Source: Octopus vulgaris
Taxonomy: Eukaryota
NCBI GenBank assembly: GCA_951406725.2
Contig: OX597817.1
Span: 160,456,001 to 160,520,000, forward strand
Direction: 5' to 3'
Length of the DNA stretch: 64,000 bases
The translations under genes were made by a program, and so were the position numbers. Positions 1 through 15,180 of the stretch are shown piece by piece. Each line of letters opens with the position of its first letter. Positions within the stretch are counted from its first letter, which is position 1. The notes under the pieces were generated by a model that saw only the letters and a program-made list of their open reading frames with translations, was not told where the DNA came from and ran no database searches.

Positions 1-194
1 AATGTATTGTAGAAGTATAAGCAATTTATGGAACATAAATTTTGGCAACAAAATCTTATAGCACCACTAAGACCCATGGTTGAGAACCATTCGCATAAAC
101 CAAAATTCCTCACAAATCCTAATTATGTGGTCAATTATCAAGTAGGATCACCTTACTACCTATCTGTAGATGCTAGAATTTTCCTGTCAAGTTC

Positions 195-934
195 ATCGAC
201 CCCAGTGCGTAACTGTTACTTATTTAATCAACCCCGAAATGATGAAAAGCAAAGTCGACCCGGAGGAGTTTGAACTCAGAACGTAGCAGCAGACGAAATA
301 TCGCTAAGCATTTCGCCCGGCGTGCAAACGATTCTTATTTCTTTACTGCCCGCAAGGGGCTACACAAAGAGGGGACAAACAAGGACAGACAAACGGATTA
401 AGTCGATTACATCGATCCTAGTGTGTAACTGGTACTTAATTTATCGACCCTGAAAGGATGAAAAGCAAAGTCGACCTCGGCGGAAATTGAACTGAGAACG
501 TAGCGGCAGACGAAATACCTATTTCTTTACTACCCACAAGGGGCTAAACACAGAGGGGACAAAAAAGGACAGACAAACGGATTAAGTCGATTATATCGAC
601 CCCAATGCGTAACTGGTACTTATTTAATCGACCCCGAAAGGATGAAAGGCAAAGTCGACCTCGGCGGGATTTGAACTCAGAACGTAGCGGCAGACGAAAT
701 ACCTATTTCTTTACTACCCACAAGGGGCTAAACACAGAGGGGACAAAAAAGGACAGACAAACGGATTAAGTCGATTATATCGACCCCAGTGCGTAACTGG
801 TACTTATTTAATCGACCCCGAAAGGATGAAAGGCAAAGTCGACCTCGGCGGGATTTGAACTCACAACGTAACGGCAGACGAAATACGGCCAAGCATTTCG
901 CCCGGCGTGCTAACGTTTCTGCCAGCTCGCCGCC
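195..934 (-). mobile_element. SINE family A, head-to-tail multimer (about 180-bp body units) plus an older partial copy
   Basis: Minus-strand head GGCGGCGAGCTGGCAGAAACGTTAGCACGCCGGGCG, B-box-like GAGTTCAAAT in each unit, body GTCGACTTTGCCTTTCATCCTTTCGGGGTCGAT..AAGTACCAG repeated; about 10 further copies in the window. Confidence 0.9.
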
Positions 935-1028
935 ATGATGCAGGTAATAATACCAATGGTGGATATAGAATTATAAGCACAGAAATCCCAAGCGTATGAT
1001 TATATATTTATCCCCGTTTCTTGTATAA

Positions 1029-1120
1029 TCCTTCGTGACCTCTCGTGGAATCCTTCGTGACCTCACGTGGAATCCCTCGCGACATCACGTGGAATTCCTA
1101 GTGATCTCTAGCGGATCCCT
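1029..1120. repeat. 22-bp tandem repeat, about 4 diverging copies
   Basis: TCCTTCGTGACCTCTCGTGGAA / TCCTTCGTGACCTCACGTGGAA / TCCCTCGCGACATCACGTGGAA. Confidence 0.75.
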
Positions 1121-1589
1121 ATCATTCTGGGAAATCCCGGTTGGGAAATGCCGCCCTACGCAGTCGCTCGACCGGCTAGAAATAGCAGCCATATCAAATT
1201 GCATCTTACCGTTGTTTGTAGAACGGATGGGCAACATTCGGATAATGTATTCCTAGATATATTTTATGCTTGAATTCAAAGACGAGATGGACATGTGACC
1301 GGAACGTCTTTGATCATTGGTCTGCTCGATCAGAGCGGGACTAGAGATAAACAGCAACAACAACAACTACAACAACAATCATCATTGCCAAACCACTCTT
1401 ACAAAAACTACAAACACCATCACGCCCACCATTGACAGCCCCCACCCCACCCCTATAGCTATCAACACCATTAACGCCATCACCACTCATCTTCCCGCCC
1501 CCCACTCCCCGCGTCCATCTCCACCACAATCCAACATCTACGTTCTCGCCGCCATTAACTACACAAACCGCATGTACCGTTACAAACAT

Positions 1590-2160
1590 CATCACCAACA
1601 CCGCCATTACACCCACCACCACCACCACTACCGCCGCCACCACCATCATCACCATCATCATCATCATTACAAACACCACCACTAGTGACACCTACACCAC
1701 CACCACCGCTGACACCACCTTCCCCTCCCTAGCCACCACCACTACCATCACCACCATCACCACCATCATCACCATCATCATCATTACAAACACCACCACC
1801 AGTGACACCTACACCACCACCGCTGACACCACCTTCCCCTCCCTAGCGACCACCACTACCATCACCACCATCACCACCATCACCACCACCACCGCCGCTA
1901 CCACCATCATCACCATCATCAACACCATCATTGCAAACACCACCACCAATGACACCTACACCACCACCGCTGACACCACCTTCTCCTCCCTAGCCACCAC
2001 CACCACCACTGCCACCATCATCACTATCATCACCATCATTGCAGACACCACCACCACCAGTAACACCTACACCATCACCACCGCTGACACCACCTTCCCC
2101 TCCGTAGCCACCTACACTACCACCACCACCACCACCACCACCACCACCACCATCATCATC
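1590..2160. repeat. (CAC/CAT)n compound repeat with a higher-order unit of roughly 115-150 bp
   Basis: Motif AGTGACACCTACACCACC..CGCTGACACCACCTTCCCCTCCCTAGCC recurs 4 times among CAC/CAT runs. Confidence 0.85.
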
Positions 2161-2244
2161 AGAACAATTATTACCACTAACGCCATCACAGTAACAATAA
2201 CGTCAGCAGGTGCACTGCCAACTTCTCAACACTTCATGCAAAGT

Positions 2245-2272
2245 AGGAGGAAGGGAGGGAGGGAGAGGGAGG

Positions 2273-2304
<32 letters not shown>

Positions 2305-2451
2305 AAGAGGGGAGAGAGAGAGGGAGGGAGGGAGGGATGGGGGGGAGAGTGTAATGTACCAGATGCACTTGCTGCAAGATTTATGACGCTGCCATTGTAT
2401 CTCTCTGCACCGTCATCGTCATCACCATTATTGTCGCCATCACCATCATCG

Positions 2452-2485
<34 letters not shown>

Positions 2486-2980
2486 TATCATCATCTTCAT
2501 CATGGTCGTCGTCGTCGTCATCAACAACAACAACAACAACAGCAGCAAAAAAAAACAGCAGCAGCAGCAGCAGCAGCAGCGGAATAGATGTGCAGTGAGC
2601 CGCAACTAATGCAGTTTTGACTATACCGCCAGAGGTGATGTTTACACAGTCACGCATGCATGAATAAAGCGTTTGCTTTTGGTGGCAGAGAACGTCACAC
2701 TGCAGTGGACTCTGTGTGCATACACATACATATACATGTCTATACACACATGCATATATGTGTGTACACACACACACACACATACACATTACATTTATAA
2801 AGACATGTGTACACATGCATATAACACGCACACACACGCGCACAGACACACGGACACACATATGCACACATATATTATGGGCTGCATATTTGTGTTTATC
2901 TCTATAAATATATTTATATATATATATATTTATTTATATATATTTATATATATAATTATACATATATTTATATATATATT

Positions 2981-3013
<33 letters not shown>

Positions 3014-3018
3014 AAATT

Positions 3019-3104
<86 letters not shown>

Positions 3105-3850
3105 TGTGTGAGTGTGTGAACAGAAACCACCATTAAATGCACCAGCACTACCGCCAATGCAAGAATGCCACTACTCTGTCCACTACTACCAACACCACTA
3201 GCACTACTACTACCACTATTATTACTACTACTACTACCACCACTACTACTACCACCACCACCACCACCACCACTACTACTACTACATCAACAAACAAAGA
3301 CAACATCAACAACAACAGCACTACGTTATCCTCCCCCTCATCTGCAAGACCACAACTGCTGTTAAAACATCACAGCTCCAACTAAAACAAGGCATCATAA
3401 CGTTTAGCAGTAGTAGCAGCAGCAGCAGCAGTGGCAGTAACAGTAGTAGTAGTATTAGTATTAGTAGTAGTAGTAGTAATAATGGTGGTGATGGTGGTGG
3501 TGATGGTAGTAGTAGTAGTAGTAGTAGTAGTAGTAATGGTGGTGATGGTAGTAGTAGTAGTAGTAGTAGTAGTAGTAATTGTTGTAGTTTGGTGGTGGTG
3601 GTGGTGGTGGTGGTGGTGGTGGTGGCGTTGGAGATGGCGATATAAAGAGAGAGAAAGAGAGAGAGAAAGAGAGAGAAAGAGAGACAGACAGACAGACAGA
3701 TAGAAAAACGAAAGAAAGAAAGTATGGTATATGACAAGACTACGAAGAATTGTATGTGACACCGTTAAGGATATGTGTGTGTGTGTGTGTATATATGTGT
3801 GTGTGTGTGTGTGTGTCTGTGTGTGTGTGTGTGTGTACATACATACATAC
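2245..3850. repeat. Microsatellite cluster: (GA)n, (CAT)n, (CAG)n, (TA)n, (TG)n, (CTA)n, (TAG)n, (TGG)n
   Basis: Simple repeats directly visible; they explain the low-complexity ORFs here. Confidence 0.95.
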
Positions 3851-4686
3851 ATGCTTACTTACATTCATGCATATTTTCATACATGCATACCTGCACACAT
3901 AAAGGCACACACATGCTCAAACACATACATATGTTTCGGTGAAGTCGTAACAGCTTTTCTTACAAACGTGTTATATCGATAATACCACTGACTATGTTCT
4001 GCAGTTTTGATCTTTTTTCATTAATGATTTTTTAACGTTATTTTCTTTACTCTTTATGGGTTAGATGGAACATCAACGTTCGTAGATCAATCAAGGTTTT
4101 ATGGTCTTATCTTCTGGTTGAAGTGCTTCTTGGTGGCGCTTGATACTACCCCCCCCCCCCCTTTTTTTTTGGTTCTTCTATTTAAGCAAGTATAACGCAC
4201 TACTGTGTGTTAATTTCAGTTTAATCTAGTTTTTTTTTTTTTTTTTTTTCAATACAAATCTATATAAGATGACAATGTTATCAATCAAGGCTTTTCTATT
4301 CAGCTGTGTTACTTTTTAATTCTGTGTTGTAATGTTGCAACGTTTCCTTGTTGTAAATGCATGCTCGGTCAGCGAGAAAGATTTGTGTTGTATGACCTAT
4401 GTAGCACTTTGAAACATGAAGCTTACAGCTTTCATGTTTTCACTGAAAATTTGTTCATTACATTGGTCGCAAGGAAAGTAGCATCTGCTTTACAAGCTGG
4501 TGGTTTTGCACCGAGGTGTAGGTAAGACAGTAATGGTTAAGAAGCTCGCTTTGCAAACACATGGTTTTGAGTTCAGTTCCATTGCACAGCACCTTGAGCA
4601 AGTGTCTTCCTCTAGTGTTTCAGGCTGATCAGTGCCTTATGAGTCAATTTGGTTGACGAAAATTGCGTGGAAGCTCCTCGTGTATA

Positions 4687-5614
4687 CCGTAAATCCTCGA
4701 GTATAGTTCGCCCTTGAGTATAATACGCAGGGGATCTTTAGGGGGCTGTACCTCTGATCAACCTAAACCTTGTATACAATACGCACCCCTTCTCTGACTT
4801 GGGTCAAGGCGGTCTATATAACGTCCTTGGGATCTTTTCGGTTTGAACGGCATTTTTTTCTAGCGGTGTCATATGAAATTGTCACCCATAATTATGACCC
4901 TAGAATCGATTTATTGCATTTCAATCTGTTTTAGGGTCAGGGTTAGGGTTAGGGGTGGGGGGAAGGGTATCTTTTTTTTCTTCAGAAATGTAAATAAACC
5001 CAATCTGTTTCTTAAACGAGGCACATATTCATACGGCACAGAATGTTTTCACCTCAATAGACGTCACTGATTGGTTGAAATTGCAGAAATTGAAGAAAAA
5101 AAAAAACAAATATCTTACAAACTATAGAATTTTCTCAATAAAGCCAAGAGAAAAAGATGTTTTATAAACACATTCTACCAGTATACGAAGTTTAAAATGG
5201 TTTAGTTACGTGGAAATTATCTTAAAATACTGCCGTTCAAACCGAAAACATCCAAAATGTATATGGTAACGTCCTTTATTATTATTGTACATATAACATA
5301 ATGCAAACTTGTAGCTTTTTTGTGCATTTTGTTTGCAGAAAATAACAAATAACAATAATAACGTTTAATAAATGTTGCTTACTACAAGTTATGGATGATT
5401 CTTTTATGACTTCATTGCTTTCAGGCTTAGCTTAAGGTATTTTCGCACCCGACATCACAAAATGCGATTGAATAAACATTGCCGGACAGCAAATAGAGAC
5501 TCGGACATTGCTTAGAAAATAATTTTCATTTTTAACCTTGTATATAGTACGCACTAGGGATTTTGACCTTTAAATTTTGGGAAAAAAATGCGGATTATAC
5601 TCGAGGATTTACGG
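4687..5614. mobile_element. pogo/Tigger-like (Tc1/mariner superfamily) MITE with a second MITE nested inside
   Basis: TIRs CCGTAAATCCTCGAGTATA ... TATACTCGAGGATTTACGG flanked by TA on both sides. Confidence 0.85.
4830..5253. mobile_element. GG-ended MITE with internal TTAGGG repeats (copy 1, nested)
   Basis: TIR GGATCTTTTCGGTTTGAACGGCA ... TGCCGTTCAAACCGAAAACATCC; similar along its length to 49845-50245 and 53974-54409; no TSD visible at this copy. Confidence 0.85.
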
Positions 5615-5790
5615 TACGTATATATATTGTTGATATCATTAGAATTTTATAAACTTTCGCAAGGGCATGAAATAATTCTTTTTGCTGCTCTTTCTTTTTC
5701 TATTTTGCAATAGTGGCTCTCGAGGCTCACATAACCCTATAGATAATACTAAACGAAATGAGTTTCCAACCGAATGTTCACATGCTATTA

Positions 5791-6167
5791 GCAATGGCCC
5801 AGTGGTTAGGACAGCGGACTCGCGGTCATAGGATCGCGGTTTCGATTCCCAGACCGGGCGTTGTGAGTGTTTATTGAGCGAAAACACCTAAAGCTCCACG
5901 AGGCTCCGGCAGGGGATGGTGGTGAACCCTGCTGTACTCTTTCACCACAACTTTCTCTCACTCTTACTTCCTGTTTCTGTTGTACCTGTATTTCAAAGGG
6001 CCGGCCTTGTCACTCTCTGTGTCACGCTGAATATCCCCGAGAACTACGTTAAAGGTACACGTGTCTGTGGAGTGCTCAGCCACTTACACGTTAATTTCAC
6101 GAGCAGGCTGTTCCGTTGATTCGGATCAACCGGAACCCTCGTCGTCGTAACCGACGGAGTGCTTCCA
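5791..6167 (+). mobile_element. tRNA-derived SINE family C, tail type i
   Basis: A box TGGCCCAGTGG, B box GGTTTCGATTCC; near-identical to 21014-21394 and 34372-34755. Confidence 0.9.
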
Positions 6168-6897
6168 TTAGTTATAGCTTTTTCTGAGCCTTGATAGTCA
6201 CTATTCTAACAACAAAAAAGCAAATATGTGGTATAAATATGCGTGTGCATGTGTGCATGTGTGTGTACATGTGTGTGTGTGTCTTTCTGTTTGTGTTTGT
6301 CCCCACCAATGTAAAACAACCGTTATTACTTTGTTCTCGCACACGTGACTTAGTGGTTCCGTAAAAGAAAGCGATAAGATAAGCACCAGAGTTTTAAAAA
6401 AATAGATACTGAAATAGGTTTGTTCAACTAAGCCCTTCAATGCGGTGCCCCAGAATGGCCGCTGTCTATTGATTGAAACAAAAGGTAACACACACACACG
6501 TCCGGAGGTGAGAGAAAGAGTAACGACTACAAACTGATTTCAAAATCTCGAGAACCACCATACGAAAAAAAAAAAAATAGAGAAATAAAGAAAGAACACG
6601 ATCATGTTGTTATATTGGCCTTGAGTTGGGCAAGGTTTATTAGTTATTGATGCAATGTTCTACATCTGCATGTCCTTCAGGGTGCCAAACTCTTACCTGG
6701 TTTTCGAATAATGCAGTTTATAATTACACATCTCTTCACATGTCGAAACCGACATAATCTGCCGAGCTGCGACGTCATATTCAGGAAAAAATATATATAA
6801 CACACACATACACATACACACATCTGATACAATGGTTGTGTATTTCTGTGTCTGTGCGTGTGTGTGTTCGCACATAAGTATTAAATGCACTGACATG

Positions 6898-8990
<2,093 letters not shown>

Positions 8991-9004
8991 ATACATACAT
9001 ACAT

Positions 9005-9277
9005 TATGGCTGCCCCTTGTTATCGAGTATGGCCATTGCACGAAGCTTAACTGTTACTGGTGCAGTGATCGAATGTGACTTTTTAGCCCAGCTAAAGATC
9101 TACAATGTCTTGTACAAAATTGGCAACTAAAACCTTTACCGGTAATAGCCGGCTGTAGTTGTAACTGGGCTCCATGTACATTTGCATGTCGTTTAAGTCC
9201 TCCTGCCAAATTACACTCTCTTCCACATGCCCGACAGATATGATTAGTATGGTGTGTAACACCACCACCAGTGGCCA
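9005..9277 (-). mobile_element. 5'-truncated LINE 3' end (RTE-like) encoding two C2H2-type zinc-finger motifs, embedded in (TATG)n
   Basis: Translation HICRACGRECNLAGGLKRHANVH...FSCQFCTRHCRSLAGLKSHIRSLH*, short 3' UTR then TATG repeats; the same 3' UTR recurs at 45096-45150. Confidence 0.7.
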
Positions 9278-9445
9278 TACATACATACATACATACATAC
9301 ATACATACATACATACATACATACATACATACATACGTACGTACGTACTTGCATGCATGCATGCATACATACATGCATACATACATACATACATACATAC
9401 ATACATACATACGTACGTACGTACTTGCATGCATGCATGCATACA

Positions 9446-9479
<34 letters not shown>

Positions 9480-9738
9480 CATACATACATACGTACGTAC
9501 GTACTTGCATGCATGCATGCATACATACATACATACATACATACATACATACATACGTACGTACTTGCATGCATGCATGCATACATACATACATACATAC
9601 ATACATACATACATACATACATACATACATACATACATACATACGTACGTACGTACTTGCATGCATGCATGCATACATACATACATACATACATACATAC
9701 ATACATACATACATACATACATACATACATACATACAT
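9277..9738. repeat. Compound (CATA)n array punctuated by CGTACGTAC-TTGCATGCATGCATG blocks
   Basis: Interrupting block recurs 5 times. Confidence 0.95.
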
Positions 9739-9814
9739 GTCTTTAATCTGCTGAAATAAGTTTGTTTTGAGTATGCATTTTCACTCTGTGCAAAATGATT
9801 GTAAGATAACACGA

Positions 9815-9900
9815 AGGCCTGAGGAGGCGCACTTTACACTTCGAAAGTATCTCACCAATATACTACGGGTGTAAAAATGCGTCGAAACAATTGTGGTGAT
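9815..9900 (+). ncRNA. Degenerate hammerhead-ribozyme-like motif (Penelope-type)
   Basis: CTGAGGA - stem GGCGCA.TTTACAC / GTGTAAA..TGCGTC - GAAAC-AATT-GT; cleavage triplet is non-canonical GTG and stem I is poor. Confidence 0.4.
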
Positions 9901-10278
9901 TTTAAGTAATGTTGTTCATTCCATCTTCTATCATTTAACAATCAACATATATACACGTATGCGTACTCACGCATGTCTTATAGTTCACTTCACTACATGT
10001 TACATTTATAAGAGATTAATCCTTGATTTGTTGCTTATGTATCCTAACTCGATTTATTAATTTTGATCCCGTTTAGCCAATATAATTCTCATCATTGCAT
10101 TGTTTTTTTTTTTTATTTCTTTTACTAATAATATTTGTATTAACCTTCAGTTCCTTTCCATTTAAAAAAATTTTTTGATCTTGCCATGTTCAAAATCATA
10201 TCTCGTGTCCCAAAACGGAGGTCTCCGCATTTTGGTACCCGCATTGTCCACATCGATAGACATTTCATATTAGCCTGC

Positions 10279-10346
<68 letters not shown>

Positions 10347-10436
10347 GATGATGATGAGGATGAGGAGGAGGATGATGATAATGATGATGATGATGATGAT
10401 GATGGTGGTGGTGATGATGATGATGATGATGATGAT

Positions 10437-10468
<32 letters not shown>

Positions 10469-10553
10469 TGACGATGATGATGACGACGATGACGATGATG
10501 ATGATGATGATGATGATGATGACGACGACGACGACGATGACGATGACGATGAC

Positions 10554-10594
<41 letters not shown>

Positions 10595-10595
10595 C

Positions 10596-10627
<32 letters not shown>

Positions 10628-10646
10628 TGACGATGATGATGATGAC

Positions 10647-10693
<47 letters not shown>

Positions 10694-10730
10694 CGACGAC
10701 GACGACGATGATGACGATATTGATGATGAT
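10279..10730. repeat. (ATA)n grading into a (GAT/GAC)n trinucleotide array
   Basis: Directly visible. Confidence 0.95.
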
Positions 10731-11195
10731 AATTCATAAAAATTTCTCAATTTAGAAATTCTGTGAAGTTGGTGTAAAGTTTATGCGATCAGCCAGTCAG
10801 CAGCATTGTTTCGTTTCATCTCGTCTTGTGTGTACGCTGACCAGATAAATCGGCTGACCAATCTCAGCTGCCGTATTATGCGATTGAAGACCATTATGTC
10901 GTCTGCTGATTACACGTTCTCGGCGAAAACTATCCTATTTCCGTTGGATTTTTGAGCAATGTTTCTCATTCCTTCGGCGAAAAAACAATTTTATTACATT
11001 TTTTAATACCAGCTGGAAACGATTTGTCCTTCCGGTTCTTCAGATACTATTTACAGTTTTGACGGGGAATATTGCACTCACGTACGCACACAAACATACA
11101 CATACATATGTGTGTGTGTGTATGTATGTATGTATTTGCACACACACACACACACACGCACGCAAACACGCACACACACATACATACATATATGC

Positions 11196-11234
<39 letters not shown>

Positions 11235-11248
11235 ATCTACGAATATAA

Positions 11249-11319
<71 letters not shown>

Positions 11320-11589
11320 CATGTGTGTGTGTGTGTGTGTGTTATTGTTGCATGGAAAAAGTGTTTAAAATTGAAATTTATACGTCTATAACGGCGGTGC
11401 CCCAGCATAGCCGCAGCTCTCGAGCTAAAACTGGTAAAAGAACAAAAGAATAGCAAAATCTGAAATGGAGGGGGTGGGTTTACTCTTCTTTGTAGTATAT
11501 TCTTGTAGTATGCGAGTCGTGTCTTGAACGAAAATTTCTGGTGACATAAGCAAATTCTGAGCATCTTTGCTAGTGCACTGAGATAACAA

Positions 11590-12115
11590 TGCATCATCAC
11601 CATACTCATCATCATTATCGTCGTCATCATCATTATCATCATCATCATCGACATCATCATCATCATCAACATCATTATCATCATTATCGTAGTCGTCATC
11701 ATCATCATCATAATCATCGTCGGTGTCGTCATAGTCCCCCTCCTCCTCCTCCTTATCATCATCATCATCGTTGTCGTCGAAGTCATTACTATCATCGTCG
11801 TCATCGTCATCCTCCTCCTCATCATCATCATAATCGTCGTCATCATCACCGTTGTCGTTGTCGTCGTCGTCGTCATCATCATCATCGTCGTTGTCATCAT
11901 CATCATCGTCATCGTCATCATCATCGTCATCGTCGTCGGTGTCATCAAAGTCCTCCTCCTTATCATCATTATCATTGTCGTCATCATCGCCGACGTGATC
12001 ACTATCGTCGTTATCATCATCATCACCATCACCATCATCATCATAATCGTCGTCATCATCACCGTTTTCGTTATCGGTGTCGTCGTCGTCATCATCATCA
12101 TCAGCAGCAGCATTA
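11590..12115. repeat. (CAT/CGT)n degenerate trinucleotide array
   Basis: Directly visible. Confidence 0.95.
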
Positions 12116-12506
12116 TCCTCGTCAGCGATGAAAGGAATTCGGTCGATATAAGGATCACCCTATAGGTTTCCAAGCAGAATTACATGATTGTCAACAAAGA
12201 CCAGCTGAAAAAGCCTTGATTTCTGAATGATGCTAATGAACGTTAGAATGTTAGGCGCAAAGCCGGATGTGGAGAATAATACTCCTCTTCTCTAAGCCTT
12301 GTTCAAGCAACAAAATAGTGTGGCCTGACTTCACAAAATAAATGAATATAAATTATCATTGCCCACTTCTAAGGTGACTAATTGGCGGAGTCGTTAAAGC
12401 GTTGGATAGAACGTCCAGAGAGTATTTGCACCAGTTATACGGTACCTCACTGTTGTTACTTTGCTCTTTTGTCATTCTGGAGTCGACAAATATAATACTA
12501 AGTAAC

Positions 12507-12575
<69 letters not shown>

Positions 12576-12814
12576 CAGCTAAACCAGTGGACGTCAACCA
12601 TCTTTTACCTACTGAGCCTTTTAATCCATATTTTACTCGGGTGGATTCCATGTTTTAAAAAAAAATACTTGTACATTTTTATACTCTTTTGCTTGTTTCA
12701 GTCTAGTACTTATTTTATCGATCTCTTTTGCCGAATCGCTAAGTTACGGGGACAAACACATGCATATATATGTATATATATATATATATATATATACATA
12801 CACATACACACGTA

Positions 12815-13352
<538 letters not shown>

Positions 13353-13472
13353 ATACATATACACATACATATATATATACATATATACAGATATACGACG
13401 GGCTTCTTTCAGTTTCCATCTACCAAATCCACTCACAAGGCTTTGGTAGGCCCGAGACTGTAGTAGAAGACA

Positions 13473-13839
13473 CTGTGTATGGCAGGTTTGGTAGCCTTCA
13501 ACTAACACCATCTCCTCCGAGACCCTGCGGCGCAAGTTGACCAAAATTGAAAGTATGATAGAAGAAGTCTTGCTCTTCCTTCCTTAGAAGAAAAAATTTA
13601 TATCGGATCATGTTAACACCAAAAATTATTTACATCAAAAAGGTGCTTTTTTTTTCTATGAAAATCCCTATATTTTATGATTTTTTTACTGCTGTGCCGC
13701 CATTTTTCGGTGTATTTTAACCAGGAAAATGTTCACTTAAAGAGAATAACAAGCTACATAATGCAAAATTTTTACTTTTCAAAAATTCCAATTCTAAAGG
13801 GTCGAAACAAACCCGAGCAACACTGGACGATACTGCTAG
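13473..13839 (+). mobile_element. Non-autonomous Helitron, 5' truncated
   Basis: Near-identical to 31981-32373; 3' hairpin-like CCCGAGCAAC..GG and terminal CTAG followed by T. Confidence 0.75.
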
Positions 13840-14378
13840 TTGTATTTAAATCTATAACGGTAGTTTGATTTGAATTTTCCCCTTTTCTCCTGATGAAATA
13901 GGTAACTTATCACATTTAAATTAATTTTGTGTGTTAATTACGTAAATGTGTAAATGATCATGTTTATTCCATTGAAACAGCTGTCGAAACAATTAAATCA
14001 TGAATCATATGCCAACTTTACTCTTTTCTGCTTGTAACTATCGTAAATGTGTATATTATTTCCAGACATGTAGATTAGTGTCACTGTTTAACCAGAGGTC
14101 AGCACTGATTGAGCAGTTCTGTAATGAAAGATGTTTCAGCCTTCATCATGTAGTTAGTTGTTTGTTGTTGTGTAGCCTAAAGGCAGCCATAACGAGGGGA
14201 CGAAAGAAGAGGCGAAGAGCAGAAATAAAACACCGGAGATCCGTAAAAGCCTAAGGGTGCATAAAAAGTAATTTAGAATTAATATCTCGAGTGACATTAC
14301 GTCAGTTTCGATCGCCACCTGCCGGATTGTTCTCAACAGATCGAGTCCCGACATATATGTGGAAATTTAATAAAATAT

Positions 14379-14542
14379 AGGCGTAGGAATGGCTGTGTGG
14401 TAAGTAGCTTGCTTACGAACCACATGGTTCCGGGTTCAGTCCCACTGCGTGGCACCTTGGCCAAGTGTTTTTTACTATAGCCTCGGGCCGACCAAAGCCT
14501 TGTGAGTGGATTTGGTAGACGGAAACTGAAAGAAGCCCGTCG

Positions 14543-14577
<35 letters not shown>

Positions 14578-14790
14578 ATATGTTTGTGTGTCTGTGTTTG
14601 TCCTCCCAACATCGCTTGACAACCGATGCTGGTGTGTTAACGTCCCTGTAACTTAGCGGTTCGGCAAAAGGGAACCGATAGAATAAGTACTAGGCTTACA
14701 AAGAGTAAGTCCTGGGGTCGATTTGCTCGACCGACTAAAGGCGGTGCTCCAGCATGGCCACAGTCACATGACTGAAACAGATAAAAGAGT
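14379..14790 (+). mobile_element. SINE family B
   Basis: Full head, internal microsatellite and tail as at 12815. Confidence 0.9.
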
Positions 14791-14849
14791 AATTTAAAAT
14801 AAAAAGAATTTTCCTCACCACAACACATCCTTAGATCTGTAAACAAAAA

Positions 14850-15180
14850 CGATATCTGTCAAAAAGCAGCGGACGTTATCATCAACGCCAACAACTAACC
14901 TCCTGAGTTTAGTTATTCTACAGTAAAATCGCCTGCTGATATAGCTGTCAAAAAGAGCGAACCTCATCGACAGCACTGCCAGCCACGTGATTAGCGTAAA
15001 GGGGAACCGCTTGCTGATAACTGTCAAAAAGAGCGGACGTCACTGACAACGCTATCAGTCACGTGACTATCTTTTAAGCAAGACTATCGCCTGATATCAA
15101 TATTGATAACGGATGTTATCGACAACACCACCAGCCACGTGACTAATTACCTGACCCACCACGTCGCCAATCACGCAACC
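14850..15180. repeat. Diverged tandem repeat of about 76 bp carrying CACGTG E-boxes
   Basis: CTGTCAAAAAG at 14856, 14945, 15021; CACGTG at 14984, 15060, 15136. Confidence 0.75.

Noticed and set aside
9054-9275. Host C2H2 zinc-finger gene exon
   Set aside because: No TGEKP linkers or splice acceptor; the 3' end recurs as a repeat tail at 45096, favouring a LINE origin.
14060-14355. Possible solo LTR
   Set aside because: It has AATAAA and a CA end, but I could not identify a matching TG start with TSD or a second copy.
14850-15180. CRISPR-like appearance of spaced repeats (also 195-934 and 52540-53365)
   Set aside because: Eukaryotic context, no cas genes, and the intervening sequences are related to each other rather than unique spacers.
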